A stretch of 64,000 nt of DNA from an uncultured virus (IMG/VR IMGVR_UViG_3300033998_000157) (IMGVR_UViG_3300033998_000157); one strand, 5' to 3'. Shown: positions 30,216-45,564, counted from the first letter of the stretch. Translations and numbers: made by a program. The notes: generated by a model from the sequence alone, not told the origin.

Positions 30216-30941
30216 ATGGCATAGGCTGCTGGACAACAAAGTACTCAAAAATAGTCACGTTTTAAAAAGTTTTAGACAAACACGTTAAGCTTCACATTTA
30301 ATTACGGATTAGGTTTTAAATGGATAAGCGACTATTCTGATTTAAGAAAAAATTATACATTATTACAGGTAATTGGTATGCAATTAGATGATTTAGCTGT
30401 TAATAAATAGGGTAGTGCATAGAAAGAACGTGTAACTAAAAGAGAATACAAGAAAATCAAAAAGTTTAAAGATCAAATACCTGTTGATGTGGAAAAATTC
30501 AAACCTCGAAAATCACACATACCTCGTGAATTTACTAAAGTTGGAGATATTTTACAAGCATATGGTGCTAAAAAAGTCGCAGGTATAAAAACAAATACTC
30601 CTGACAATCTAATTAAAAAGATAAGCAAATTTTTGATTACTCTTGAACATGCAAATCCGAAATCTGTTGAAAAGGTTGCTAATATGGAAATAGGTGAATT
30701 AGTAACCTTAGCAGGTAAAAATACTAAACATTTGTCAAAAGCATTAGGCATTAAATATGCTAAAAGTATAGCACCAAGGGCAATGCTTACTGGTTTAACA
30801 GGGTTTGTAAATGTTTCTGCTGCAATAGGTGCTTATAAAATTGCTAAAATGGCATTATCTGGTGGAGGTTCTTTACAAGACAATGATGAAGTGTATAGAA
30901 AGATAATTACAGGTAAATATATATCAGATAAATATTTCTGA
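30216..30941 (+). CDS. hypothetical late protein, possible ejection protein; TAG-recoded
   Basis: AGGAGG-ATG GCA TAG, open to TGA; hydrophobic Gly/Ala-rich C-terminal segment. Confidence 0.75.
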
Positions 30942-30954
30942 TGAGGTGATATAA

Positions 30955-31797
30955 ATGTAGAGTTTTGTATATAATCTAAACACACAGGAAATTGAGCAAC
31001 CTCAAAACACATCTATTATGAGGTTGGCTGGTAATCTTGTTTTAACAGGTATGTTGTATACAGAATTAGAAGCTTAGGTATCAATGGCTTAGTTATAGCC
31101 ATTTGGATATAAATTAAAAGATAAAGGCATGCTATTAGGAAGAATGAACCGATGGGTTTATGACAAAGTTTTAGATCCAATATATAGAAAAACGATTGGA
31201 ACCAGATTAGGAGATATAACAAAATTAGCAGAAGTTAGCGTTAAAGATTTAGATATGGGATTCTTTGGTTTCCAAAAAGGTGTTTAGGATAAATTTTTTA
31301 GTTTAGATAAATATTTATATGATACGGTAATACAACCATCAGGATTAAAATAGAGTGTTTCGAACTTCTTTGGCGGATAGAAAACATATAATTTATCTGA
31401 TGTATTAAGTGCAGCTAAAAACAAAAATATAAACCTTGGTAAATTGACCGAAAAGGAACTTAAAAAATAGTTAGTTGCTTCTAATATTTAGAGAGGCGTT
31501 GGTTTAATTACACAAACAGTACAAAGATATCAAATGTAGAATATTGCATTCACATTGGGTAAAGCTATATTTGATGCAAGCACTAATTATTATGAGAGAA
31601 ACCAAAGATTAAAGTATTATAGACGATTAGCAGGAATTTCTGGGTAGATAAGTGTACAAAGTAGAAATGAATTGAGTTATTCCAAATAGGAAGAACATAT
31701 CATAATGAGAAATATACAAAATGCAATGGTTACACAAAGAATCATAAATGATTAGGGAGTGTTTGGCACAAATCCTTATATGTCAATATATGGATAA
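30955..31797 (+). CDS. hypothetical late protein, possible ejection protein; TAG-recoded
   Basis: GAGGTG-ATG TAG AGT, 280 aa to TAA; absent from the ORF track. Confidence 0.75.
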
Positions 31798-31810
31798 TGG
31801 AGGTTAAAAT

Positions 31811-34800
31811 ATGGCTAATGTATTATTTGCTGGTTTAGAATCATTTAAAACCTTATTAGATACTTCTATTCAGAATTTACCAGAAATTAATCCGCATATA
31901 GAGTTTTTAGATAAAACATTTCAAAGTTAGGACTGGATAAATCAATAGGATGAAATAATAAAGCACATTGACGAAATTGCTAAAATATAGCAACAAAATC
32001 AATAGAATAAATAGATAGATAGATTTGATAATTTAAAAAACTATATTATCAATTATAAAACATATGCACCGCATTTAGGTGCAATTAAAAAAGTTATAAA
32101 TGATTACGGTGTAGATATAGAAGACTTAGAAAGAGTATTAGTAGAAAAACAAGATTTTCTATACAATATGTTTAATATGAGAGAATTATCTTTTGCAAAT
32201 GATGAAGATGCAAAAAAGATATTATAGATTGCACAATTTGGCGACTTTTTAAGATTACTATATGGAAAAACTAAAGTAAGCGGAATAGATGAATTCAAGG
32301 AAAGAACAATAAATGCAATAGGATAGTTAGGATAGTTTATTGATGACAAGCAACGACGTATAGATTTCCAAGAAGAAATTAAAAATGTTATAGAAAACAA
32401 AGCGAATGATTTATGGAATATCAGAGAAGATTTTATTAAATTCTCTGATATAACTGGTCCTGGAAGAGTAAGTACAGAATTAGAAACAATTTAGAAAAAA
32501 GGGGAAAAAATAAAAAAAGGTGCTAATGGTAAACTTATATCTGTTTAGGATGTTTTAGCATCTACTATCGGTTTAAAATCAAAAGCTATAACTGGTATTA
32601 CAGTTGATACATTAATAGAACCGGGTAAAGCATTTTAGGACTTTACCAACTTTCTTTAGAAAGAACAATAGTTATAGAATGCTTTTGATAAATTCTTAGA
32701 CGGAAAAATTTCATCAAACGAATTAATAGACAGTATAACTAAATTTACACCATATTAGGATAGAATAAGAAATATAGGTTAGTTCAAACAGTAGTTAGAT
32801 ACAATTCAAAAAACAATACCTAATGTAAAAAAACATACTGAAGTTATTATAAATTTATATGATGAAATAGATAGACATACAAGCGGACTTTAGTAGGACG
32901 ATAAAGAATTAGTGCTTAATGTTGCAAAAACACTTATAGGTTCAAAATTAGCATTAGATAATAACATGAATGTAAATATAAAAAATTATTTTGACATGGC
33001 TGAAACAATTAAAGACTTATATGCTCAGATAGAAGATTTGTTGGAAAGTGGTAAAAAACAATCATTAAATCCTGAACAAAGGCAATAGTTTGATGATTTA
33101 AAACAATCTATAAGAGATGTAATAATTGGCAACAATGATTCTGTTGCTAAAGTATAGGAAACAATTTTTCAATATCAAGGTGATTTTATAAAACAAGGGT
33201 TGGATTCAGATGAATAGTTTTTTAAATAGTTAGCAAAATTTGAAAGAGAAAACCTTGTTGATATACAAGTTGTATTATAGAGTGATGCTCAAAAAACTCT
33301 TGATAAATCTAACAAACATGTTGTTATATCTACTATAGTTAATGCTTTAACTTCAAATCAAGATTATACAAAACAACAACATGTATTAGTACCTTCAATG
33401 TATAACGCATTGTTAGATGGTGATATATAGGAATTTAATGAATAGGCTATTCAAGAAATGCTTAAAAGTAGAGTGAATGATTTAGAAGGTTTTGGATTTT
33501 CGCAAGATTTTATACAATTTGTTAGAAACGCAAATCCTCAAGATATAACTCTTAAAACTATAAGGGAAAACTTTTCAACGAACATAAACTCACTTATTAA
33601 TATAATGTTTGATACTATGCAAAGTAATATTTAGACTATTACAAAAAATCAAGATATACCTCAAAGTATTAAAAGTATTGTATAGTACTCAGCTTTATCA
33701 CGTTTTATAAATGTTGGAGAAACATTGGGATTAAAAACCAATGAAGATTTAATGAGAAAATAGTTCGTAACGTTAGGTTATGTAGAAATATAGCAACAAA
33801 AATAGTTTAATTAGTTTATTGATGAGGCAGAATTCAGCAATGTATATAATGAAGTTTTTAGAACATATGATGATATCAATTAGATTTATGATGGCACTAA
33901 ACAATATTTAAATGAAAGAATATAGTACAGAAGACAAATACAAGATATAGCAGGTGTAGATGAATATACAGTAAATGTTGAATAGAGCAAAAAGTATAAA
34001 GCAATTATCAATAAATAGCTTGAACTAAGAGAAAAAGACAAAATTGATTTTAACACTTTTTCTCAACAAATGCTACAAGATTTTAGGTTTTTAGACAATA
34101 ACGAATTAGAATATTTATATAAGTATAATATACATGATTTATATAAGTTATCAAAATAGAAAAAGATTAATATAAACAAAGTAAAATAGATAGATGTAGA
34201 AAAGCTCAAAATAAACACATTGTTTGACATTATAAAAACTAATGAATAGCCACAACAAATTACCCAACTAACAAAAATTAAAATATATAATACTCTTATA
34301 CAAAAAAATGCAAAATAGTTAGACATTCATGCTGGTAGTTATTCTTTAAATTATTTATAGCAAAGGAAATTTAAAGATTATATTGATATATAGATTTATC
34401 CACAAGCACGTATAGGGGCATTAACTGATTTTAGTCCATATAGATTTATAAGGGATCCAAAAGATAAAGAATTGACAAGAGCTTAGAAAACAGGTGCAGG
34501 TTTTGAAAATTAGTTAAAAGGCGGTTTGTACAGAAAAATAAGACCTATGATAGCCGCTGGAATATATGGTCCTGATATAGGATTTAAATATTAGTTACCA
34601 CCTTCAATGGAAAAACATTTACAATATTAGGGCTCTGATACAACACAACAATTACATGCACAACAATACAAACAATCAACAAAAGATAAATTAAATTAGA
34701 TTATCTCAGGAACATATGAGGATGAGGATTTAGAAGAAATAGAATATTCAGCAACACAAATGCGTAAAGGTGAAAGTATAGAGCTATACTACACTGGTTA

Positions 34801-37800
34801 TAATATTCCTTTTAAAGACACATTATCAGGTGGTTTGTTTATAACCCCTGGAAGCGGAGATTATTTTCAAGTTGGTTATGAACAAGCAACTCATTAGGCA
34901 GAAATTATTTTTGAACAACAAAAAGAGGCAATGTCATAGTTTAAATATAAAGTAGGAACATTATAGAAGATGTTCACTGACTATATGTATAAAAACACAG
35001 AAATGGGATTACCAATAGGTCAATATACATTAACTCAGTCAAGAGTGAAAAACGAAGTAATGTATCATTTAAGAAATCAATTATTATATAGAGGTTATTC
35101 ATATACCAAAAAATCATTTGATATTAATACATTCGATATAGGAAGATAGATTTTCTTATCAACAGAAGATTAGAACGTTAGAGATTATAAGTTATATTAT
35201 GTTTTAAATAATGTATTTGAACAAAATAAATTAATTGAATTCCTCGAAGAAAAGCAATTAAATACGAGCAAAATTACAATAAAACATTTAAACGAATTTT
35301 TGCAACAAAGAATACCAACTTTAACTACATAGGAAATATTAAAATTAAAAGAATTATTTGGTGATAATTTTACACATACAGATTTAATTAATTATATTCA
35401 AACATAGTTACCAAAACAAATACGAGATATATATACGTCAAATAAATTATATAGAGGTTTAAAGTTTGATTTACATAAAACAGCAGATTATTTAATAAAA
35501 CCACACTCTTTCGAATATCAAGGTGTAGGATTGCATTTAGTTCCTCACCAATTGGTTGATGCTATATCTACATCATCACCTAACACAACAGGTTCTACAG
35601 TAGCATTAAAACCATATGGTCATTAGGCTACACCAATTCAAGAACAAATAAATTTATTTTAGAAAGCAACAGATAGTGTTAGGGTTGTTAACACATATGG
35701 TTAGAAATAGGCTAATATTTTAATCAACCATGGTTAGATACAAAATAGCGAAATAGTACAACAAATATATGAAATAAACAGACAAAAAAGAGATTTATTA
35801 TTAAAAGGAAATGTGTATGACGGAATACTAAACGAAGAAGCCGCAGGAATTGAATAGGACGGTTTATTAATACCAACTATTGTAGTAGGTAAAGAAAACG
35901 AAGAGTTCTTCAAAAACATACTAGGAACAGAATTAAACCTTGCTGGTGATTAGTACTTTATCAATAAAGATCTTAGACAAGGTTTATCCAGAGTTTAGAG
36001 AGGTAGATTTGGTGGGTTTATATATGAAGATCTATCTGAATTAGTTAAGTTCACTGGTGGTAACAGATCAAAAGGTATGACAACATATAATTTTGAACGA
36101 AGAATAGCAATTAATGTCAATGGAAGAAGAGTTGAAATAGGTCTTGTTATGAACGAACAAGGAAAACGTAAAAACAAACTTGCTGAATTTGGTTAGGGTG
36201 CTTTAAGAGCTTAGAAATATATATATGGTGATAGCTTAGGATATAAAAGCTTTGAAGATGGAGTTGATGTTGTTAACTTACATAAAATCGATAATATATC
36301 TGCAAGAGAAGCAACAGAATAGTTATATGCTAAATAGCAAGGATATTTAGAAATATATGATCCGAAACAACAAAAATGGATAAATACAGGGATAGCTTCA
36401 ACATTAATTATGCATAAGGTATATGCTTACACCGCTAAAAGTCACGATTTTTCATGGGTTTAGATTTCTAACCAATAGGCACAAGTGTTGCCACAATTAC
36501 ATCTATTTAAACAAAATGCTATTGTTAGTTTATTACTATCTGGTGACGATGCAAATTAGGCATCTGAACAAGCTATTCATTTAAATAATATGCAAGTATC
36601 ATTATAGGAAGGTGCATAGGCAGGTCAAATAGCTTAGTTGTTAGAAAAAAATGTTATTAATTAGACTGGTTAGAAAACTGGATATTTAAAGAAAACAGCC
36701 GGTAGTCATTAGCGTAATGTTGGTATTTTAAGAGGCGTTTCTCATTATTTAGATGCTTTTAAATCAGTAAGAACAAAAAATATGTAGTATGATAATGTAA
36801 CTAAACTTAGATATATGTAGGATTAGTTAAGAAGTTAGGGATAGAACGATAGAAGATTAATAAGAACTTAGGAATTATTAGAAACATTATCTGATATTTT
36901 ATCAAATGATAAAATTACATTATCGTCAGGAACTAATGTATTGGCTATTTCAGAAAAACAAGCAAGAATATTATAGGAATTTGCAGGCGATGAAATATTG
37001 ATGCCTTCTATTGCTTCAAACTTTTTCCAACAATTATTTGGTTTTTCACATTCTGTTCAAACAAAAAATAAATGGGGAACAATGTATTTAACTAATCAAT
37101 TAATACAAACTGCTGATTAGGCTGGTAAATATGAGAGAGTAGCTGTTGGAAAAAATAAATATATACAAATGTCAAGACTTATAGTTCCTAAACTATTTGA
37201 TAATTCACAATCACAGTTGTACCTATCATTAGAAGCTGAAACATTTGTTAATGCTTATTAGGGAATTTATTCTATTTTGCAATAGTAGGCACATAAAGAT
37301 TATAGAATGTTAAACCAAGGTATCAAATTCTATTAGCAAAGAATGTTATCATTGGGTGATATACAAACAAGACAACTCACGAGACAAATGTCAAAAAAAC
37401 ACGGTATGTAGATTTACGCTCTACATGCAACTGGTTCGAATAGAATGGGTGGCGTTAAATAGCCTAAAAAATAGTTTATGACTTTATTAAAATCTTAGCT
37501 TATTAATAACTATATAGACGAAAACACTTTAAAAGGAATTGTAGGAGAAGACGAGTTTAATGAAATAATGTAGCAAAAAGATAGCGCTACTTTATTTGAT
37601 AGATGGTCTAAACAAGCATTATTAATCCGTAATAATAAAGGTACTCCTGTTGTATATTATAATCCTGATAGTACTGATTATTAGAATACTCAAGAAATAA
37701 GCGATTTAATTAATTAGAACGTACCTATCTTTAAGAATAGTGTAACCGATGTGAGAACATATTATAAAAATGGAAGATAGTTTAAAAAAGAATTGGCTAT

Positions 37801-38257
37801 TCAAATTGCACAAATGTATAAAGGATATTCAAGCATAAAACGTAATTAGCAACATATTCCAACAATATCAGCAGGATTATAGTCTATTTCACAAATGGAT
37901 TACGATCCTAAATACTATGCTAAAAAATATGGAGAAATGTGGGGATTAATTCAAAGGCATCCTATCATAGGTCATTTACCTCATGCTAGAATTGCAGGAT
38001 TCTCATAGGACAATACAATAGACGTACCATTATTCTTAGCAGAATAGATCGCAGGAGACGATGACGGTGATATGATTAACTTATTGCCATACATACTTAT
38101 CCAATAGGATATATATAAAAAGGGTATGGCTGACATAACACAATTTGGTGTATTTGATTATACAATGGTACGTAAATTCCAACTTAAAAATAGAACAGAT
38201 GAAATTTAGCAAGAGTTGCAAGAATTATATGACCGTTCAAATAGACACCTATTTTAA
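31811..38257 (+). CDS. putative single-chain two-barrel (virion) RNA polymerase, 2148 aa; TAG-recoded
   Basis: GGAGG-ATG; same frame open at all spot checks; VKFTGGNRSKGM near 36045-36080, GLIQRHP near 37942-37965, IAGDDDGD at 38048-38071. Confidence 0.75.
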
Positions 38258-38263
38258 AATAAA

Positions 38264-38295
38264 ATAACCCGCTCAAATTGAGAGCGGGTTTTATT
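38264..38295. terminator. bidirectional intrinsic terminator
   Basis: aacccgctc..gagcgggtt hairpin between convergent TAA stops at 38257 and 38291. Confidence 0.75.
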
Positions 38296-38845
38296 GTTTC
38301 TAAAACAATTTAGCTAAATCGCCAACTATCTATTCAGTGTTTGTTTGAGTTTGCAGTCCTTTTAATTCTTTTAATATTTTTACCTTTCTATTTTCTAATT
38401 GTTCTATCAATGTGAGTACATTATGCAATTTTTTATCATATCTCTTTTTGCCATCTGCTGTTTCTGTGACTACTGTTTGTTGAAAACCTTCTTCCTAAAT
38501 TATAGATTGCTATCTCATTAATTGAACTTCTACCTACACCAATGATACCACCAAATTAGTGTATGTTTTGTTAGAAGGTTCTAATCCAAAACTTGCTATA
38601 TAATCATCAAACCACTTTTCCTAATAATAAATTTCTAACTAACATCTATTTCCAAGTTTAGGTTTATCTAATGGACAATCAATACCATACGGGCATTTAT
38701 CTTTTCCTTTACATTTCATAGCTAATGTCTATAACTGCCCTTTATCAAATTCTTCATGTTCCTCGATTTGCTATATAACTTCTGGTTTTATCTTTTTTTG
38801 TATTCGCTCTGGCAACTAATTATTCTTCACCCTATCTGGAAGCAT
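38291..38845 (-). CDS. putative terminase small subunit with Cys cluster; TAG-recoded
   Basis: AGGAG-ATG, 184 aa to TAA; CKGKDKCPYGIDCP; EEGFQQTVV..KLHNVL..IEQLENRK; divergent from terL. Confidence 0.6.
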
Positions 38846-38910
38846 GTTTTCATCTCCTTTTTCATTGTTAATTTATTTCTGAAAATGAATTAACATAAAG
38901 GAGTGATGAA

Positions 38911-40641
38911 ATGTAGGACGCTAAATGGAGCGATTATTTTTAGGATTACAGCGAATAGATTTAGTATGTTAAGAAAATACTTAAAGTAGACTTTGAACCT
39001 GCAACAATGTGTGTTAATTGTGTAATAAATCAAACAAAAAGAAAAAAGTTATAGTTTGATATTAAATGTACACCGTTAAGAGCAGAAGATTTAGATGATA
39101 GTAATAAAACACCACAAGAACTATTAGAGTTGATTAAAGTAAATCCATATTTCTTTGCAAAACATATTCTTAATGTTGAACCACGTGAATTCCAAAAAGA
39201 AATTATAGCATGTACATAGAATCGTAAAGTATTAAGAATATAGAGACGTTAGGGTAAATCTCATGCCATGGCAATGTATATGTTATGGTATTAGGTAACA
39301 AAACCAAAATCAAAAGTTAGGGTTATTGCACCGAGAGATATTCAAGTAAAAGAATTGTTTGATAAAATGGATGAAATGATTAAAAATTCTAAGGTGCTTA
39401 TTAATTCTGTATATAAGAGCAGCGGAAAAGGAATGCAATTATATAGAAAGGATCCATATGAATTTATGTTTACTAATGAATCTACAATAAGAGGTATTAC
39501 AACTGGCGATGGAGACGGTACTAGTGTTAGATCTCAATCAGCCGACTTATTAGTGTTGGATGAAACTGATTATATTACAGAAGAAGCTTTTGCTGCTGTT
39601 TATCCTTTGATAGCTTCTGATAACGAAACAGAAATGATTTAGGCTTCCACTCCTTCTGGAAAAAGGGGCTATTTCTATAACTGGTGTCATGATAAATCAT
39701 ATAAAGAAGTTCATAAAAGATATCAAGATACAGAAGCATATAATGAATCTACATTCCAAGAATTTTTAAGAAACATGACAAAAGAAAGATTCGAAAGAGA
39801 AGTTTTGGCAGAATTTACATTACAAGAATCTGGTGTATTCAGCAACGATTTAATAGATAGTGCTTTAGAAGAATATACATTCGACAAATTCCCGCCTCCT
39901 CATGGTATTTATACATTTGGTATAGATTGGAATGAATCTGTTGCTGGTGTTCATATAGTGGTTGTTAGATATGAACCACATCACAATAAATATAGAGTAT
40001 CTAATGTAGAGATAGTTCCACCTTCTGAATTTACTCAATTAGTATAGATAGAAAAGATTATTGAATTGTTCGAATGGTATAAACCAAAGAGAATAGTAAT
40101 GGACGAAGGATTTGGAAACACTCAAATACAAGCGCTAAAAAGATGGGGTATAGAAAATGGTAATGAGGAATTTTTGAATTAGCTTATCACTATTCCATTT
40201 GGAGGATATTTAGAACAATATGATAATGTAATTGGAACATATACAAAAGTTCCAGCGAAAGATTATATCGTTCAATTATCAAAACGTTTTTTAGAAAATC
40301 ATAAATTAATTTTACCATTGTCACAAGATACCAAAACAAAACTAGTCGGTCAGATGCGTGATTATGCAGTAGAAAAAGTGCTTGATAGCGGTCACGCAAA
40401 ATATTCAAAAGGAAACGTACATACATTAGAATAGATGATGTTATAGCTTTACGGCATGCATGATATAAAAGAAAGCATATAGAATTTATCTTTAATACCT
40501 TCTGCTGATTCGTATTTAAAACCACGAGAAACAATGTTAACTGCTGCATAGTCTGGTACAATACGTAATGTAAGAAAAAATTCTAACAAATTCAGAGAAA
40601 TAGATAAATTGTATAGAAATATTGGAGGTTGGCGATTGTGA
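38911..40641 (+). CDS. terL: terminase large subunit; TAG-recoded
   Basis: PREFQ, LRI*RR*GKS Walker A, LLVLDE Walker B, STPSG, FGIDWN nuclease motif. Confidence 0.92.
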
Positions 40642-41831
40642 GATTTATAAAAAGAACAAAGAAAAATTAGACAAGTGAAAAAATTGAAATTAAACCAAAA
40701 TAGAAAGAAAGTTTTGTGCCTCCTGAAATAGCAGAATTAGAAAAAGAGGTTGAAGATTTAAAACAGATTGCTCAATTAGCTTTAAATGAATAGTATGATA
40801 AACCTATTAAAAATGTATCTATTGATTAGAATCTATATCAAGCATTATTAGATTTAAGAAAACAAATGAGAGATGATGACACGGATCCAGAAATAAAAGG
40901 TAAAGATTTGATTAATTAGATAGAAATATATAAATAGCAAGTACCTCCTGAAGAATAGGTAATTAGTGGTTTTGAATTAAAAGGCATACCTACTGCTGGT
41001 GGAATTTAGTATCCTTCTAGCGATGGTACATAGGTTTGGGTAAAAAATAAAGACGGTGTATATTTGGTTACTAACATTGATTTAAGAGCAAAACCAGAAG
41101 CTGGTGCTGATCCAGATTATGAAACTCCTTCTTTGCCTGATAACGAAGGCATTACAGTAGCAGATGTGATAAATGGTTTTAAAGAATTCGATGGTGATAT
41201 ATCAGAATATAAAAAACAATTAAAAGGTATTGTAGATGATAAAGTTTTAGAACAAGGCACTAAATAGGTTAAAGTATAGGAAAGCAAAAGTGGTGGTAGT
41301 TTTAAAAATATTGAACCAATGGAAATGCCAGAATTTAAATGCAATTTAAATGTAGATTGGAGAACAATTTTATTCTATAAACTATTAATGGATTTTGAAT
41401 CGAAGTTAGATATTACAAGAATAATACTCGGATATACAATTAAACCAATAGAAATTCTTATTAATTGGTTTTTTTCAAACCTTAGAAAAATAGGGTTCAG
41501 TATTAAAATTGGCTGGGTTAATTTCCGATGGTATCCTTTTGAATGGATACCCTTAGTAACATGGTGGGAAGATATCATTTACTTTTTGGCTGTTAAAGAA
41601 TATGAAAGTATGTGTTCGTTAATGCGTTTTAATAGAAATATGGCATTAGCTACAAACGATGGATAGAATTATTTCTTTGAAAATAAATATGACAATATTC
41701 AAAAACATAGCAATAAACTTACAGTTGATCAGCATAAAGCATTGTAGGTATTATAGTTTGGATACAATAAATTTAATGGAGACAGATTTACAGAAGATAG
41801 AATTAAAGAATTATTAGGAAACGTATTATAA
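40638..41831 (+). CDS. hypothetical late protein; TAG-recoded
   Basis: GGAGG-GTG overlapping the terL TGA; joins ORF fragments 41064 and 41319; TAA stop. Confidence 0.75.
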
Positions 41832-41843
41832 TGAGGTGATAAT

Positions 41844-44120
41844 GTGGCTAAAAATCCATTATTGTGTATTGAGATAGCTAAAAAGAGCCAAACTATTAAT
41901 GCGTATAAGGTTTCTGACAACACAATGTCTGTGTATTCCGATGGTTAGTTATAGGAAAAAAGCACAGCAGATCCTTATGTATAGTAGGCTAATCCAACTT
42001 AGAAAGTATAGGCAGGTGCTATCTTAGGCGAATAGATGAATACGGATTCTAAGGTAGTAAAACAAATATAGTAGTAGAATAATTAGAAAAACATTGAAAC
42101 CATATCTAAAACTGCAAAAGAAGTATAGAAGAAAACAATAACAGATAAAAACGAATATGAACAAGAGAAAGAAAAGCAAAATTTTATACAGAAAGTGAAA
42201 AAGGCTTTCCAAAAAGATGGTGAATAGGAACCTTTGGTTGATGAAAAATACACAGAACCAGTAGTAGAAAGTTTGGAATTTGTAAAAGGGTTTGCAGATA
42301 TTGCTAAAAAAACAAAAAATAGTTTGTAGAGCGATTAGCTCAATATACAAGATAAAACATATCAGTTATTGCTCACATCAGGTCTAACATGTTGTACTAT
42401 CAAATCTATTGCTTTTCCTTTTTATTATTGGTATTTTAATAAATATATTTTAAGTAAAATTCCAAATAAAGAAGAATTATCATCAGATCAAATATATGCA
42501 AAATTTATAGAATTTATACAAAACGAACTTCAAAAAGCAACGACTGATTACACAAAATATTAGAATGATATTTAGTCTTGGTTGGATATTTTACAAGTGG
42601 AAAATCAGAATTATTATAAAGATTTAAGAAAAACAGCTGAAACTATCGATGATGCGTATTATTTTGCAAACTTATTTTAGAGTTCTTATAATTATGCAAC
42701 TGATATTATTAAAAATACAAACGCTGATTTATTAGCAACATTATTCGAACAAATATTAGCAACTGTATATATATAGATTTTAGGCACAATTACTACTTGG
42801 TTAGAAGAAGCATCTGATGACATAATCAATAAATTGGATAATGTTTTAACTGATTAGATTAAAAGTATAATACCTGATTATGAATTCCAAATAAAAACAT
42901 TAAAAAATTTATATTAGATGTTTTATGGAAATAGTTAGCAACAAGAATATATAGAACAACAAGTAATACAAAAGTTAATAGATACATTAGGTCCAGAAAA
43001 AGCAGTCGAGATTTTCCCACATGAAGAAATAGGACAGTTATTAATGTTTGGTAAAACACCAGAAGATAGCACTAGTTTTGTAGTTAAAATTATTAAAAAT
43101 ATTTAGAAAGTATATGACAAGCTTGAAAGTTTTGAATAGTCGGAAACATATTATAGAGCAATGGATTATTTATAGAACACAGCATATTAGTTATAGTCTA
43201 CAGAAGATAAAAATAAGAAAGCTGGTATAAAAATATCAGAACAAACATTGATTGAATTTTCAAAATATATAAAAGATGACGCAAACTATTTATCTAATCA
43301 AACGCAATATAATGAAAGAAGTTTTGCTAAAAGAAGTGAAAAAGAATTAATAGAAGAATTCAAGAATACATTTAAAATATTTGTAGAGACAGAAAATATA
43401 AATGTTTTAAATGCATATATAGATAAATTAATAATAGAATTTTCATATGATAATAATAGTGTATATATAATTTTCAATATATATTAGATCATGATGTTAT
43501 ATTATTTATTTAACAAAACATATAATTATTCAAATCAGTTGTTAAATGTTTTAAAATCTCATATAATGCAAGAATATTCTAATTTCGGATATGTAGAACA
43601 AATAGTATAGGACAAAATAATTTATATGTTTGATTCTAAAATCAACGAACGAAATAAAATTAAACCAAAACGTGAAGCAAATTGTAAAGAAACATTTAAT
43701 GTTGGTTATAGCTTAATTTCAACGATGGATATTAATTTTTGGAAAGTAGTGTAGCAAACTTATATAGAAACTATTTTAGAAGGAGTATATTATCAATTAT
43801 TTTCTTATTTCAATTCTTTTATTAGTTATTCAGAAACACTAGCAGAATTCAAAAAGCCAGAGGAATTAGGCTTAACAGATATTTTAGATTGGTATATTAA
43901 TTAGGTTGATGCACTTCAAGCAATTATTAAAGATCCTGCGTTTCTAAGAAACTTTGAAAAATGTTTAACATCATATAATTCATATCAAGAACTATCTGAT
44001 GATGAAAAAGAAATGTTAGAAGATTTACCAGAAATAGTACAATATCCTTTAAGGTTAATTTTTAAATAGGCAGAAGCAACAACAAATACTTTGGAAAGTT
44101 TTACAAATAATGTTCTTTAA
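41844..44120 (+). CDS. hypothetical late protein, 758 aa; TAG-recoded
   Basis: GAGGTG-GTG; joins ORF fragments 42369 and 43248; TAA stop abutting the next RBS. Confidence 0.75.
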
Positions 44121-44133
44121 GGAGGTAATATCC

Positions 44134-45564
44134 ATGGGTTTATTTGATGTTTTTAGAAGAAAAAATGATGTGCAAGAAGATATATTGTATGCTGATTAGT
44201 CACAACTAATAAACAAAAAAGAAAAAAAGTTATATAAAGGATTAAAAACATTTGGAGAAAATGCTTTTGAAACCAACTCTTCATTATTTAATTAGTATAG
44301 AATTTATAGATAGGATAGTATTTTAAAACAAACTGTTGCAATGTATGTAGAACTTTGTGTTAATAATGGGTTTGATGTTCATAGTTCGGACGAACAAATC
44401 AATAAAAAAATTAAACAAAGAATAAAAGAGATAGAATTTAATTCTAATTCTACAATGTATGAATTAGTAAGAAATGGTCTTAAAAATTTCATATCGTTAG
44501 GTAATTAGATGTTTTTATTTTCTCGTAATGCAAATAATGCTTCTGGTAAACCTTACATGTATAATAATAAACAATTAAATCCTATTTCAGGAATCTTTCA
44601 AGCACATCCTCTTACTTTGTCAATAAAAAGAAATTCGTTTGGAGAAACTACACAGTATAAAATGGACTTATCAATGTTGCAAAGAGATTTTGGATTCTTT
44701 ACTAACGATCCAGAATTCAACGTGTTGGTTGGAGACACTTTCGGTTTAACAGACACAAGAAAGTTTGATAAATATGATGTTGCACACTTTAAATTCGATG
44801 AAGACATAATCACAGGTTTTGGAAGACCATTCTATTTTGAAGCTATTGATGATTTATTAATTTTAAGAAAAATTGAAAGAATAATTGAAGAGCTTATATC
44901 AGAAGGCAAATTGTTCTATGTGTTATATAGAGTAGGTAATGATAAACATCCTTCAAGATCTCAAAAAGAAATAGATCAAATGAAATAGTTAATTGATTCA
45001 GTAAGTCCATATTAGGCAATTGTATAGCCACATAATCATTCTATGGAAATGCATACAGCAAATATCTTAGGCAACATATTAGGTTTTTATGACAAAATTA
45101 GACACAGAGTGTATGGTGCATTAGGTTTATCATCTGTAATGATGGGTGAAGCTGGATAGGCTAATAGGGCAACGGCTGAAACTTCAACAAATTTTGCTAT
45201 TATAAAAGCGAAAGAATTCCAAAACTTATTCTCATAGCAATTCCAACATGAAGTATTAGAACATTTAGTAATTGATTTAGGATATAATCCAAAACAATTA
45301 GGTGATGCTATGCCTAAATTGAAATTTAATGAACCTGATATAGATACATTAATTAAATATCAAAACCAAATAGTTTATATGTATGAACATTCTGCAATTA
45401 CACAAACAGAAATGAGACAAAAATTAGGATTTAATCCAAAAATTGATGAAAAAGACATGTATATTTATAAAGTAAAAATACCAGCATAGATTGCGGGAAA
45501 AAGTTTTGATAACACTGCAGAAACTAATAATAAAGTAAAACCTCAAAATCAACATACTAAATAA
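44134..45564 (+). CDS. portal protein; TAG-recoded
   Basis: 476 aa; HPLTLSIKRNSFGE, VAHFKF, GFGRP, DDLLILRKIE; lies between terminase and protease. Confidence 0.8.
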
